Source: Macrostomum lignano (lineage: Eukaryota). From it: a DNA stretch of 64,000 bases. The stretch is from positions 67,366 to 131,365 of the forward strand of contig NIVC01002896.1 in NCBI GenBank assembly GCA_002269645.1, in the 5' to 3' direction. The position numbers and the translations under genes were made by a program. Positions 1 to 11,140 of the stretch are shown here, piece after piece. Below the pieces are notes generated by a model. It was not told the origin of the DNA. It did no database searches and worked only from the letters and a program-made list of their open reading frames with translations. Positions within the stretch are counted from its first letter, which is position 1, and each line of letters begins with the position of its first letter.

Positions 1-2
1 AG

Positions 3-2213
3 CAGCTGCCACCACTGCCTCCTGCTACCGCCTCTACCCCAGTGCCCGCTGCTTCAAGCCCGCTGTGCCCGCTGCGGAAGCCAAAGGCATCCAAGTCAGT
101 CACTCTGCTCAGTCTGGCGAGGAGTCACTCGTACCTTTCGCCAAAGTCGTCGAAACCGTCGCTGCCACCGCCTGTCGCAGACGCCTCAGAGTCCAAGGGT
201 CCAGTGCCTCCACGGCGAAGCAGTTCCTTAAACTCCATGCCACCCGATCTGCAGCTGATTCTACAGCGACACCGTCAGCTGCATCAGCCGCAGTCTCAGT
301 CATCGCAGCGGAGATTGGCTGAGCCAAGAATTGGTCGCGAAACTGCCTGTTTTCCTTGCTTGAAAATCGCAACTACAATGGAGCAACAACGTACATTTGG
401 ACCGACCATCTTGCAACAGCAGCAGAGCGAAGCGCATAAGCTAGGGTCATTAAAGGCATCCGTGAGTACTGAAGGCACAACTCAGCTGCTGCCCAGCGAG
501 ACATCCGGCTCTCCGAATTCGGTTGGCGATTCGAAACGGATTCCGGACAAAGTTGAAACCATTTCCGACACGGCCACTAAAGTGTCTGAGCTGGATGGCG
601 CCTGGAATGGCTTCTACAGCAGTACCAGCGCCAACTTATCCGAGTTGGACTGCACCGAATCGGCTGCGGTGCGCAATCAGATAGCGCCCAGGTGAGTTGC
701 TTCCGAGTCTTGGGCTTGAGAATTCTAGCTACATCGATTTGCACTTTAAAATAAACAATTTACAAAGTTTGTGACTCAATAATCTCAATCCATTATTGGT
801 GATTCACTCTCGACCCAGTGTCTGTGATTCACTCTCGATGCAGCGTCTGTGATTCACTCTCGATGCAGTGTCTGTGATTCACTCTCGACCCAGTGTCTGT
901 GATTCACTCCCGATGCAGTGTCTGTGATTCACTCTCGATGCAGTGTCTGTGATTCACTCTCGATGCAGTGTCTGTGATTCACTCCCGATGCAGTGTCTGT
1001 GATTCACTTTCAACGCAGTGTCTGTGATTCACTCTCGATGCAGTGTCTGTGATTCACTCTCGATGCAGTGTCTGTGATTCAATCTCGATGCAGTGGCTTG
1101 TGATTCACTCTCGACACAGTGTATGTGATTCACTCTCGATGCAGTGTCTGTGATTCACTCCCGATGCAGTGTCTGTGATTCACTCTCGATGCAGTGTCTG
1201 TGATTCACTCTCGATGCAGTGTCTGTGATTCACTCCCGATGCAGTGTCTGTGATTCACTCTCGACCCAGTGTATGTGATTCACTCTCGATGCAGTGTCTG
1301 TGATTCACTCCCGATGCAGTGTCTGTGATTCACTCTCGACCCAGTGTATGTGATTCACTCCCGATGCAATGTCTGTGATTCACTCCCGATGCAATGTCTG
1401 TGATTCACTCTCGACCCAGTGTATGTGATTCACTCTCGATGCAGTGTCTGTGATTCACTCTCGATGCAGTGTCTGTGATTCACTCTCGACCCAGTGTCTG
1501 TGATTCACTCTCAATGCAGTGTCTGTGATTCACTCTTAACCCAGTCCGCTATTCGCTCAATTCTGCTCATTTTTAACTCTCAATCAAGAGTGGTCATTCA
1601 CTCTCAGTCTATATTCAAGGATCGATTATCCATCCTTTGTCCGCGATTACATGTATTCAGTGTCAGTATCAATTCAGTGTTCAGGGATTCAGTGTCAATC
1701 TACGCATAGTTTGTATTTTTGCTAGACGACAAAAATTTCTATTAAAGTGTATTGATTATCCCGTCCTCATGTTTTAGCTTACGTGTTTCCATGTCTTGCA
1801 GAAGCAGCCCACAGCAAGACGCGACCATAGTTGATTCTACAGCTGTCCCTGCAGAATCGAAAGCCTGCATTCAAAAGCTCCACCAACTCCAGAGGCTGCC
1901 AGCCGATGATGAAGCAACTCAGAGCCAACCAGTTCCGGTCTTGGTAAGGCGTCAAAGGCGCCGCCGGCCTAGGCGAACTCATCCGTCTCTGATCAGCGGC
2001 GGGACGAGCGGTAAGCCAGCTGCAACTACGGCAGTTGCCAGCAGACCCAGAAAGTTTTCGGAGGCGCCACCGACAACAAGGAGAAGCGGCATCGGCAGCG
2101 GCTTCAGTGGCGACGACGAGTCAAGCAGGACGCAGTCGGCGAGTCAAAAGCGTCGGCCGTGCAGCGGCAACGTCAGATACTTGGCTAGCGACGTCTTGGA
2201 GACGGATGTTTAG
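3..2213 (+). CDS. 3' part of an unknown Ser/Pro/Gln-rich protein; exons <3-691 and 1802-2213
   Basis: Frame is open from position 3. Donor AG|GTGAGT at 691/692 and acceptor TTGCAG| at 1801 join in matching phase 2 (AG+A=Arg). Stop at 2211-2213. No recognisable domain. Confidence 0.6.
798..1545. repeat. 25-bp minisatellite (CTCGATGCAGTGTCTGTGATTCACT)n in intron
   Basis: About 30 tandem copies seen directly, decaying toward ~1700. Confidence 0.95.
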
Positions 2214-2589
2214 GCCAATCTAATAATCCGTAGAGATACTCGTATCTAGAGGAATTACTCAAAGCTAAATTTATCTATTGTACATAGGAGCGCATTGCTT
2301 TAGCGTGAAGTAATCATTTAAATAGTTAAGAACAAAAGAACAGCTGCAGACTCAAAGCACAATAGGCCACGGTCGATAATTAGAATCGTTCCAATGGTGC
2401 AAACTGTTCAGAGCGGTAAAACGACAGAAAATGGTAGATCTGAGATTGGAAAACTTTTTTACCACAAGGGCCAGATAAAGAGGAGAGATGAGAGGAAGGG
2501 AGAGAGGGGAGAGAGGAGAGAGGAGATGAGAGAAAAGAGACGTTAAAAGTTGAGACATGAACCTAAGCGGGCCGGATTGCTATTGTGAA

Positions 2590-2637
2590 GTTTCAAAGGA
2601 CCCGGGGGCTTCGCGAGGCGGAGTTTGCCGACCCCTG
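2590..2637. mobile_element. Orphan hAT-MITE-like right terminus (..GTTTGCCGACCCCTG)
   Basis: Nearly identical to the right TIR at 6262-6277. No left TIR found. Confidence 0.4.
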
Positions 2638-4329
2638 TGGTAGATACGAGCTAAAAACAAAATGCTCAAGCACATCGATAAGAGTTTCAAGTCTAAAAAT
2701 GACACTTCACCTAAAGATTCGTCGAATTTTAATAATTAGTTTTTGACACGCAGATTTTAATGTTTGCATAGATGACTTTTATTTTGTGGCTTCTGTGTAC
2801 TTTCGTTATTTTTATTTCGTTCCTACAGTACGTACAGCTGTTTCTAATTCGCATCTAATTTTGCTACATAGACTTTAGAGTATTGTACAGTGTCATACCG
2901 TAAGCTTGCGCAGCATTTTAATGGAAAACTAAACGCATAATTTTACTTAGATGTAATATAGGAACTAGCCAATACTGTATAGATTATCAAGGGAATCTCA
3001 GTGGTCAATGTTTGAACTCGAACGCAGACACAAAAATGCACTGTGTTTGAAGACGGCTACGTATATTTCAAGTTCGGCATGCGCAGTTAGCTAGCGAAAT
3101 CGACATCAGCTTTTCTCGTGAAGACGATTGTCGATATGGACTTAGTTATTACGTGACCCGGGCTGCACGAAAACACCTGTGCAACCCTTGGGCTCTGGCG
3201 CTGAAGGGTACAACCACCAGGCCTCATCCTCTAGACTTTGTCCTCTAGACTAGATCCCATTATCTAGACAGTGGGCCACTAACGAGACGAGACTTTTGGT
3301 CTGTAACAGACGAAGGTTCTTGAACCCAGCTGTACTACGAGTAGAAATGGCCGATTAAGGGACTCTATGCGAGGCATACAAGGACAGCCTAGTCAGTGCT
3401 GGAAACGAGGACTTTTGCATAGGGGGATATTTTAGCTGGTGAGCGATTTTAGACTACAATTCCCTCCTAAGCCCCAGGATCCCAAAGATGGATAGTAGGT
3501 AACGCCATTTTGATGTCTTTTCGCCTAGATGGGTTCGGTGCGGCAGGGGGTGGTGACGGGCAGGGCTGTTCGGCGCGGTGGTCGTCGGATGGTCACGGCG
3601 ACGGCTGCAGTCACGGACGATCCAGAAGTCTCGGATTGGGGTGGGTGTTAGGGAAAGTCAAAAACGATAGGAAAGGACAGTTAGCGGGGGGAGATCCTGA
3701 GGATCTTGGGGCAAACAACATATTTAGAGGCGATTGACTTTGTCATAGAGAGAGATCGCCGCCGATTCGGGTGCTGAGTCTCCCGAGGAAGGTTCGGTCT
3801 CACGAGAAAACAGAACAACGCAAGGAACCGAAAACCAGTGTGATGTGCAGGGCAAGAAGACGTACGCCCGAAAGCAGCAGGGTGTAAAGTAAAGTTGCCT
3901 CTCAGGGCAAAAAAACAGGCTCCTATTTATAGCCCTGAGATCATGCGTCACGCGACCACGTGAGCGTGATGCGTGACATTGAAGGCTGTGACCTGTCCTT
4001 GACCTCCGTTACCAAGCAACAATGATTGGACAATAAATTGGAGTTGGGGCGCAGCGGAGAAAAATGATTTATGATGGGGGTTATCTAACAGGCGAGAAAA
4101 TGCTTGGAGAGATAGGGGTCATAAAGCTGTCACATGCATGATTGATTTCGAACAAAAGAAAGGAGGTGGGGTTGGTGCGCGGAGGAGTGGGTGAGCGATA
4201 AGCATATGTCATCTAGAGTTTTAGACTAGATTTTAGTTTAGCATTGTACATAATAAACTAAACATTGTACATTTTACATGTACACTCCCTGGAAGTAACT
4301 TTTCGTAGAAATGATCGGTCCTCATGCAG

Positions 4330-5340
4330 TGTCGGTCGTGCCTTTGCGCCGTGAGGTTGCATCGTGCAGTTGCAAAATGCCTCGCGGGCGTCGGCGAGCT
4401 CCGAGATGCCCTACTTGCCGAAAGGGCATCAAGGACGGCGAGGACGGACTCGACTGCGACAGCTGCAGGAAATGATTTCACTGTGCCCGCAACATTGGTG
4501 CGATACTTTCAGCATTCTTTAAATTGGACTGTGGGGCGCTACCTCCAAACTTTCTGATCAGTGACGTCAGAGTGCAAGGCACCTCGCGGCGGCATCTGCT
4601 GTTTGCAAGTACAGCTATTGTGCTTCATGGTAATGTCCAGCCAGTCCAAGCAGGACTACGAGCTCGTACGTAGCAGTCTTCGGGCACCTGCGCCATTGCG
4701 ACCACGTTGTCTTAGAGTCCGTCATGTTGGACTTTGAGGCCGCCGTCTGGCAGGCACTGCACGAATTGCTGCCGTCAATAGTGCCAAAAGACTGCCTTTT
4801 CCATTACTTGCAGGAAGAGCCAGCACTGGCAGCCTCGGCCAGCACTGGCAGCCTGTGCTACAAACACAATGCTGCTACGCGCCAGCTGCGCAGGCAATTG
4901 ATGGCGGTGCCGTGTCTGCCTGCGTATGAGATAGTGGAGGCTTACACCAACGTGCGGCCAACCACAACAGCGACAAACGAAAACTACAAATTTACCACCC
5001 TGCTGCACACCTACGTCGCCCGCGTACGTCCATGGATGTGCATGCAGCTGCGTCTGGTCGCTCGTCGAGCTCTCGGCCTTCAACCAGTTCGAGAGAACTA
5101 ACAACGCCGTCGAAGGCTGGCCATTTGGGCTTTGCTAAACGCGCAAGTATCTGCAACCTGAACCGCGCCTCGCGGAACTGCTTTCTGCTTTCGACAGCGG
5201 GCCAGCAGGCAGCCGTCGTGGGGATTTCTCTCGCACACAGCAGTGAGAAATCCGCGGCAACTCTTTGAGGTGCAGCAGCGTGACCAGGACCTGCGTACAG
5301 CCTCACAGGCCTACTCCATCGTAGGGTTCCAGCCCTTGCA
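4330..5340 (+). pseudogene. Degraded Mutator (MULE) transposase with an N-terminal PHD-finger remnant
   Basis: Motifs CFMVMSSQSKQDY, MLDFEAAVWQA, KDCLFHYLQ and RTNNAVEGW are spread over shifted frames. CPTC..CDSCRK*FHCAR at 4407-4490. Confidence 0.8.
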
Positions 5341-5729
5341 GCTCCTCAACGCCTGCGCAGCGGTATAGTGGGCGCCAAACGTCGATCCATTTGAGGCGGT
5401 TTAAGCTTTATGGCTGTGACTTCCCTCTTTTTATTTTGGACATGTCATGTGAAGGCATTTTAACTGCATTTTTATCTTATACGAGCGCATTACTTTCCCT
5501 TTGTGACTGTTAATGTGGGCTGTATTCTTAAATAGGAATTTTATAGCTATTCACTTATTACTTTTTAAAACCAACCAACCATGGCTCAAGACACTATAGG
5601 CTGTGCTTTAAATTTTGTGCTTTTGTAACTTTATCTGTACTTCTCTATCGAAATATCAAACAAACATATGCTTCAAACAAAATTATCATGACACTTGTTA
5701 ACATTAAACATAATTCTGGCTTGAAACAA

Positions 5730-6290
5730 ATGCCCGGTTGACAAAATGCCAGTTTGACGAAATGTCCGTTTCACTCAGGGGTTGGCAACCTTTTCCACTT
5801 GAGGGCCAGATGAGGTTTTCAGTTCAAGACCACGGGCCACAGCTAGGTTGCCCCATCGATTACTCCGCCCCCCTCGATTACTTCGCCCCCCCTCATTGGG
5901 TCTTTACCCTCCAGAATCTGCCCCCTGGGTCTTTAGTACATTACTACATTTGTACCCCCCCCCGTTGTTAGCCCGTCGCCATCTCACTTTCCTTCGCCGT
6001 CAGTTCCCGTATTTCTATTTTATTCAAGTTTTAACTGGTGTGTTGCCTAGTCTAGACTTTGTAAACAGCCACTTATACTCAGTTCGTGTCTCATTACTTT
6101 TTGTCATTAAAGTTGGCAATTGAGGAAAGAAATTACCCATTTTTAGTGCACAAAACTTTTTTGGATTAAACAATGCAGTTACAATAAAGGTGCGGGCCGG
6201 ATTATAATAATGAAGATAAAGGAAGTTTGCGCGGCCCGCATAGAAAGTCTTTGCGGGCCGGAGGTTGCCGACCCCTGGTTTAACTGGATC
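5730..6290. mobile_element. Putative right terminus of the 4.3-5.3 kb MULE, interrupted by a hAT MITE
   Basis: Subterminal repeats (GACAAAATGCC, GACGAAATGTCC) run into GTTTCACT, and the sequence resumes after the MITE as GTTTAACTGGATC. This resembles the ..TTAACTGGAAGCC end of the 7272-8809 MULE. Confidence 0.45.
5776..6277. mobile_element. hAT-family MITE
   Basis: TIRs CAGGGGTTGGCAACCT / AGGTTGCCGACCCCTG. 8-bp TSD GTTTCACT (5768-5775) / GTTTAACT (6278-6285), 7 of 8 identical. Confidence 0.85.
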
Positions 6291-7167
6291 ATATACGCGA
6301 GGAAGAGTTTGAAAATTACTCTCTCAAAGGCATAGCAGTATAGTTTCTGCCAAGGAAATTTGTTGAAGCCAAAAAATATGAAAATTATAGATTCCAGACG
6401 TAAATCTTGAGTTTTTTATACTAACTACTATTTTTTTAAAAACTTAAATCTGATCCGTTAGTGTGTGCAGGTGTGCCCCCCCCCCTGGTACGCATTTGTT
6501 TCCCGATCGATATTCAGATTGATATTCGAAAACTAACAAAATCTCTGCTCTGCAAAAATATTTTAGAACGCTGTTTGACAGGAAAAAGTGCAACTTAGAA
6601 CATTGCAAAAATAAAGTTTCAGCTCGATCCGTCCCTCTGACTCTAAATGGCACCGATTTTCGATGTGCTCCCATTTAAAATACATGTGATTTTATAAGGC
6701 AGATCGATATTCGAGTTCGCTCACTTTGGCTCGACCATTCAACATGAAATTTTACACACTAAAAAGTGCAAACCAGAAACCGATAAATATACAGTTTCAG
6801 ATCGATCCGTCACTCTGGCTCGAAATGGCACCGATTTTCGATGTGCTCCCATTTAAAATACATGTGATTTTATAAGGCAGATCGATATTCGAGTTCGCTC
6901 ACTTTGGCTTGACCATTCAACATGAAATTTTATCTGTTCGAGCTGCCAAAACTTATTTTCGATCTGAACGAACGAAGCAACTGCAAATTACGTAGTGAAT
7001 TTAAACAGCGCTTTTTTAATTTTACGAGAACATCTAGGATCTAGACTGTTTCTTAAAGCATACTAGGTAATCGTATATTAGGAATTACGAATCGTGCATC
7101 TCATCGGTCGTGCAATCGCACAGTTTTTTTGTTATAATTTTCCTTTACAAACTCTCATACTCCATCA

Positions 7168-7271
7168 GCCAGGTGCGGATCCAGGAATTTCTTGAGTGGG
7201 GCCTAATGCAATGCTAGATAACCGAGGGCCTTGGGGCCGGATTGGAAGGGCCGGATCTGGCCCTGGGGCCG
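7168..7271. mobile_element. Harbinger/PIF-like MITE left end (CAGGTGCGGATCCAGGAATTT), target of the MULE insertion
   Basis: The GCGGATCCAG terminal motif is typical of Harbinger-type MITEs. The other end was not found. Confidence 0.35.
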
Positions 7272-8809
7272 GGAACCAGTTAATTCGGCGACAGGTTGAC
7301 TTGGCGACAGTCAGTTCGGCGACATGAGGGGCCATTGCGTTGAGTTTGAGTTTGCATGTTTACTCGGATTTCAAAATCAACATCGGATCGTATGTACATT
7401 ACATGCACAATGAACTGTGTTCCACTCAAAAGCTCATTCACAACCGCTATCAAATAAAGCTATCAAATCACACGACTGCTGTACAAAGTATAATGAAAAA
7501 AGGGAACACAAAGTTAAGTTAGCTTTTAAAATATACAAAGCGAAGATCGAAAGTAAAAATGAGCTGCTTGCTGCTGTCCGCAGTCTTGTGCCACATGCAC
7601 AACCTACAGCTGCTGTCATGGATTTCGAGGCTGCAGCTTGGCGAGCTGTCAGACAGCAGTTTCCAGATGCTCAACTTAGAGACTGTGTTTTTCACTATAC
7701 GCAGGTGTGTAAGAGAATGAAATAGAACTTTGAATGGGACCTTTAACAGATACTGTTAAACAGATTACTGTTACAGACCCTACTGTACTATAAGTTTTGC
7801 TTGCTTAAATTTACTTGTGTCATCAAACACATGCGTTTTACAGGCAATCTATCGCCACATTCAAAGCTCTGGACTGCAAAATTTGTACGTATCTGACTTT
7901 GAAGTACAGTCTGTGTGCCGAAAATTAATGTCGCTGCCGTTTCTTTCACATGAAGAAATTAGTCAGCAGTTTTTTCGGCTACGAACTGTAGTTCAGCTGG
8001 AGCCTCTACAACTTTTGTGCGACTATGTGCAGGCTACATGGCTGCGAAGCACAATCTGGAGCATCCGGGAACTCAGTGTTTTCAAGAAGGACGTGCGCAC
8101 AAATAATGACACCGAAGGGTGGCACAGGAAGCTGAATGCCAGAGCACAGCGCGGTCGACTTCAATTTTACCTGCTGGTGCGGCTGTTGCACGAAGAGGCC
8201 CAGATAGTCTCGATCAGCGAAGGCGACGAAGACCAAATTATCGTCGAATGGAACAACAGTACCAGCGCTTCTGGGGCGAATACACGTCAGGAGCGCGGAC
8301 CGCCGAAGGCTTGCTAGACGCGTGCAGCTTGCTGAATGGCCCAAACTGATTAAGTTTTATATTGTTGTACGGCCTACTCCACCTAGTTTAAACTTTTTAA
8401 ACAATTTTAAAAACTTTTTAGCTTTGAAACTTTTAAACGTTTTAGACTAACTTTTACACTCGCACAATCCATTAATTTGCTTGATCGTCAACATAAAATG
8501 AGTTGTACATGCAATGACAAATAAAATCGTAAATTAAATATGATGTGCATGCATACTTCTCTAATAAATAATTAATGCGTCAAAATGCGACTCGTAGACT
8601 GGGCGTACATTTAACCTCTTTGAAAACGTGTTATTTGGCATGGTTAAAACAAACCTTTATTTAAATGGCAAGGATGAATAGCAATATGTTAAATTTCGTT
8701 TTCTAGTTTCGTAGCTTTCGTAGCATTCGCCGAATTGGCTGTCACCGAACTGACTTGTCGCCGAATTGGTTGTCGCCAAATTAGCTTGTCGCCGAATTAA
8801 CTGGAAGCC
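7272..8809 (+). mobile_element. Internally deleted Mutator (MULE) element with transposase C-terminal half
   Basis: TIRs GG..CCAGTTAATTCGGCGACA / TGTCGCCGAATTAACTGG..CC. Perfect 9-bp TSD CTGGGGCCG (7263-7271, 8810-8818). Motifs MDFEAAAW, CVFHYTQ|AIYRH (intron 7705-7843, phase 0) and RTNNDTEGWH. Frameshift near 8210 and the N-terminal catalytic region is absent. Confidence 0.92.
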
Positions 8810-9269
8810 CTGGGGCCGAGGGCTGTTGACCCCCTGCTATAAGTCTTAATTTATAAGTAAGTTAATTCTCATATAGCTCCAAGTCCCAAACAACGTTGTT
8901 GCCTTCATGCGTAAAATTTATGAGAAAGAAATAACGTTTCCTGTCAGAATAGAACAAAACTTCTGGAAGGAACGTTTTCAACCTCGTTCTGACCCCCAGA
9001 TTTGTGGTTTTTTTTCTGTTTTTGGTGATTTATGGCCGTCTAGCTGTCACTTTTGGCTCCAGCCTGTCTGGGTCAAAGAGGTCTTTCCAGCTTTCTCCCC
9101 ACTCACTCTGTTGCTTTCTCCTTGGATTTATGGGCGTTTTGCTGTCACTTTTGGCGCCAGGATGTCTAGACAAGTGACTTTTATTATGTTTTGCTTATGA
9201 TTTATGACCGCACCTGTCAACTTCCCTGGGGTCTGAAGGCCACCTGGTGGGGTGGGTTTTGGGGTCTTG

Positions 9270-9960
9270 AGCTCAGCCAATCAGAGTCGACCTAACTGCC
9301 CCTGGCTCGACCAATCAGAAAATTCGGCGCCTATTTTAACAAAAGCTCTCAGCCAATCGGAAAATTCGGCGTGCGTTATAACAAATCGGCCGCATGAGAG
9401 CTATAAAAGGCGGCAACTCGACCCGCGCTCGAGTAACCCGCCTCCTCCGGGACCTTCCCTGCCCTGCTGCTTCCTCTTCTGGTCCTGCCGACCTGATCCC
9501 CCTTTCCCCGGCAGTTTCGGCTTCAACAGCTAAGTTCCCCCTAAGAAGCATCATCAATATCTCCCGGCAGTGATCTAAGAGCAGCAACGACTATCGGCAA
9601 GCGAAGAGCAGCGGCGGCAATTCGTCAGTCAAGATCAGCAACAGCATCCCATCTGAGCGCTTCAGTCTCTGTGGATTCCTTGGCTACCGGCCGATAGGTC
9701 CTCTGATTGGTTTGGTTTTAGACAGCTAAAAGACACTAGATGGCAGGTAAGTGCAGTGCCCCTCTAGTCGGAAGTCCGATTCCGATAGCTCCGGTTTGGT
9801 GAGCCAGGGCGCACGGACTGGTGGCAGCGAGTTAGTTAATCCGCGGGTTAGCTAATTTCTACCTTTCAAATTCTCCCTGCTTGTCTCTCGCTGTCTTCGC
9901 CTAGCTATAGGACCTTGCTGCTCGCCCACAATCTAGCTACCATGGGGCTGACCATCTGAC
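9270..9960 (+). promoter_or_regulatory. Pol II promoter-like cassette: three CCAAT boxes, TATA, leader intron, Kozak ATG
   Basis: CCAATCRG at 9277, 9311 and 9353; TATAAAA 9402-9408; donor CAG|GTAAGT 9747; branch CTAAT ~9852; pyrimidine tract and AG at 9904/9910; ACCATGG with ATG at 9942. Confidence 0.5.
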
Positions 9961-10620
9961 AGGAGTGAGAGGCCAGAGTTCTAAGTGATTTATTTCTGAG
10001 TTCTGAGGCCCGAAGCTACAGGCTTAAAAAGGCCGAACCCACCAGGAGCACATCGAAAATCGGTGCCATTTCGAGTTAGAGGGACGGATCGATCTGAAAC
10101 TGTATATTTATTGGTTTCTGGTTTGCACTTTTTAGTGTGTAAAATTTCATGTTGAATGGTCGAGCCAAAGTGAGCGAACTCGAATATCGATCTGCCTTAT
10201 AAAATCACATGTAGCTATTTTAAATGGGAGCACATCGAAAATCGGTGCCATTTAGAGTCAGAGGGACGGATCGAGCTGAAACTTTATTTTTGCAATGTTC
10301 TAAGTTGCACTTTTTTCCTGTCAAACGGCGTTCTAAAATATTTTTGCAGAGCAGAGATTTTGTTAATTTTCGAATATCAATCTGAATATCGATCGGGAAA
10401 CAAATGCGTGCCCCCGGTCGGTGTGCATACGGCATATTAGATCTTGGATCAGAAAAGAAGAGATGCGACGGTCGACGGAGACTGGTAGGCCTATACTATG
10501 TTTATAACCAGATAAGTCTAGACCACTCATATATTTGTTATATAAGACGTGTATTAACTGAAACATCTAAAATAGGCCTATCAACTGCCAACTGGACTAA
10601 TCTCAAAATCCAACTACTGT

Positions 10621-11140
10621 GGTCTGTGTGTAATATATGCTAGAAAATTCTGGCATACAAATGACCTTTTTCAAAGTTGGCATAGGCTACAAATTTTGGC
10701 ATACAAATTCATGCAATTTTTTGGTGTACCAGTATTGGTGATACTGATGTCGTGCATGAAAATTGTAAAGTAACAACTTTTTTATGTGAAATAATAGAAA
10801 ATTTATATAGTCTAGAAAGTCAGTGATAAACTTTTTTCATCTTTAAAATTAACAATAAATAAAATTAGTATAAATAATTGCTGAGAACATAAATTTTGCA
10901 TTATTATTTATGTAGGTTTGATTTAAGTTTGTTTAAAATGAAAATATTTGTAATATTTTAAAAAGACTTTTCATACAAAAGCCTTTCTTAGGAAACTCTA
11001 CTTGTGAAAACTGAATGAAATTTTTAGGCAGAATTTTTGGCATACATTTTAGGGAAATTTTTTGCTTTTGGTATATATTGGTATACATTTAGCAAAGATA
11101 GGATTCTTGTTCTGGCATATATTACTACACAATCTGGACC
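10621..11140. mobile_element. Degenerate MITE with TTTTGGCATACA subterminal repeats
   Basis: Imperfect TIRs GGTC..TGTGT.GTAATATATGCYAGAA at both ends and repeated TTGGCATACA motifs inside. Confidence 0.4.

Larger units (their letters stand above)
6490..10409. mobile_element. Composite element bounded by ~360-bp terminal inverted repeats (foldback/MULE-like)
   Basis: 6490-6849 is the reverse complement of 10045-10409 with few differences. The left arm has a ~178-bp internal direct subrepeat (6617/6795). No convincing TSD. Confidence 0.75.

Noticed and set aside
9733-9746. CTCF-like motif ACACTAGATGGCAG (similar at 63610-63620)
   Set aside because: It is a short motif common near TE ends, and there is no independent support for CTCF function here.
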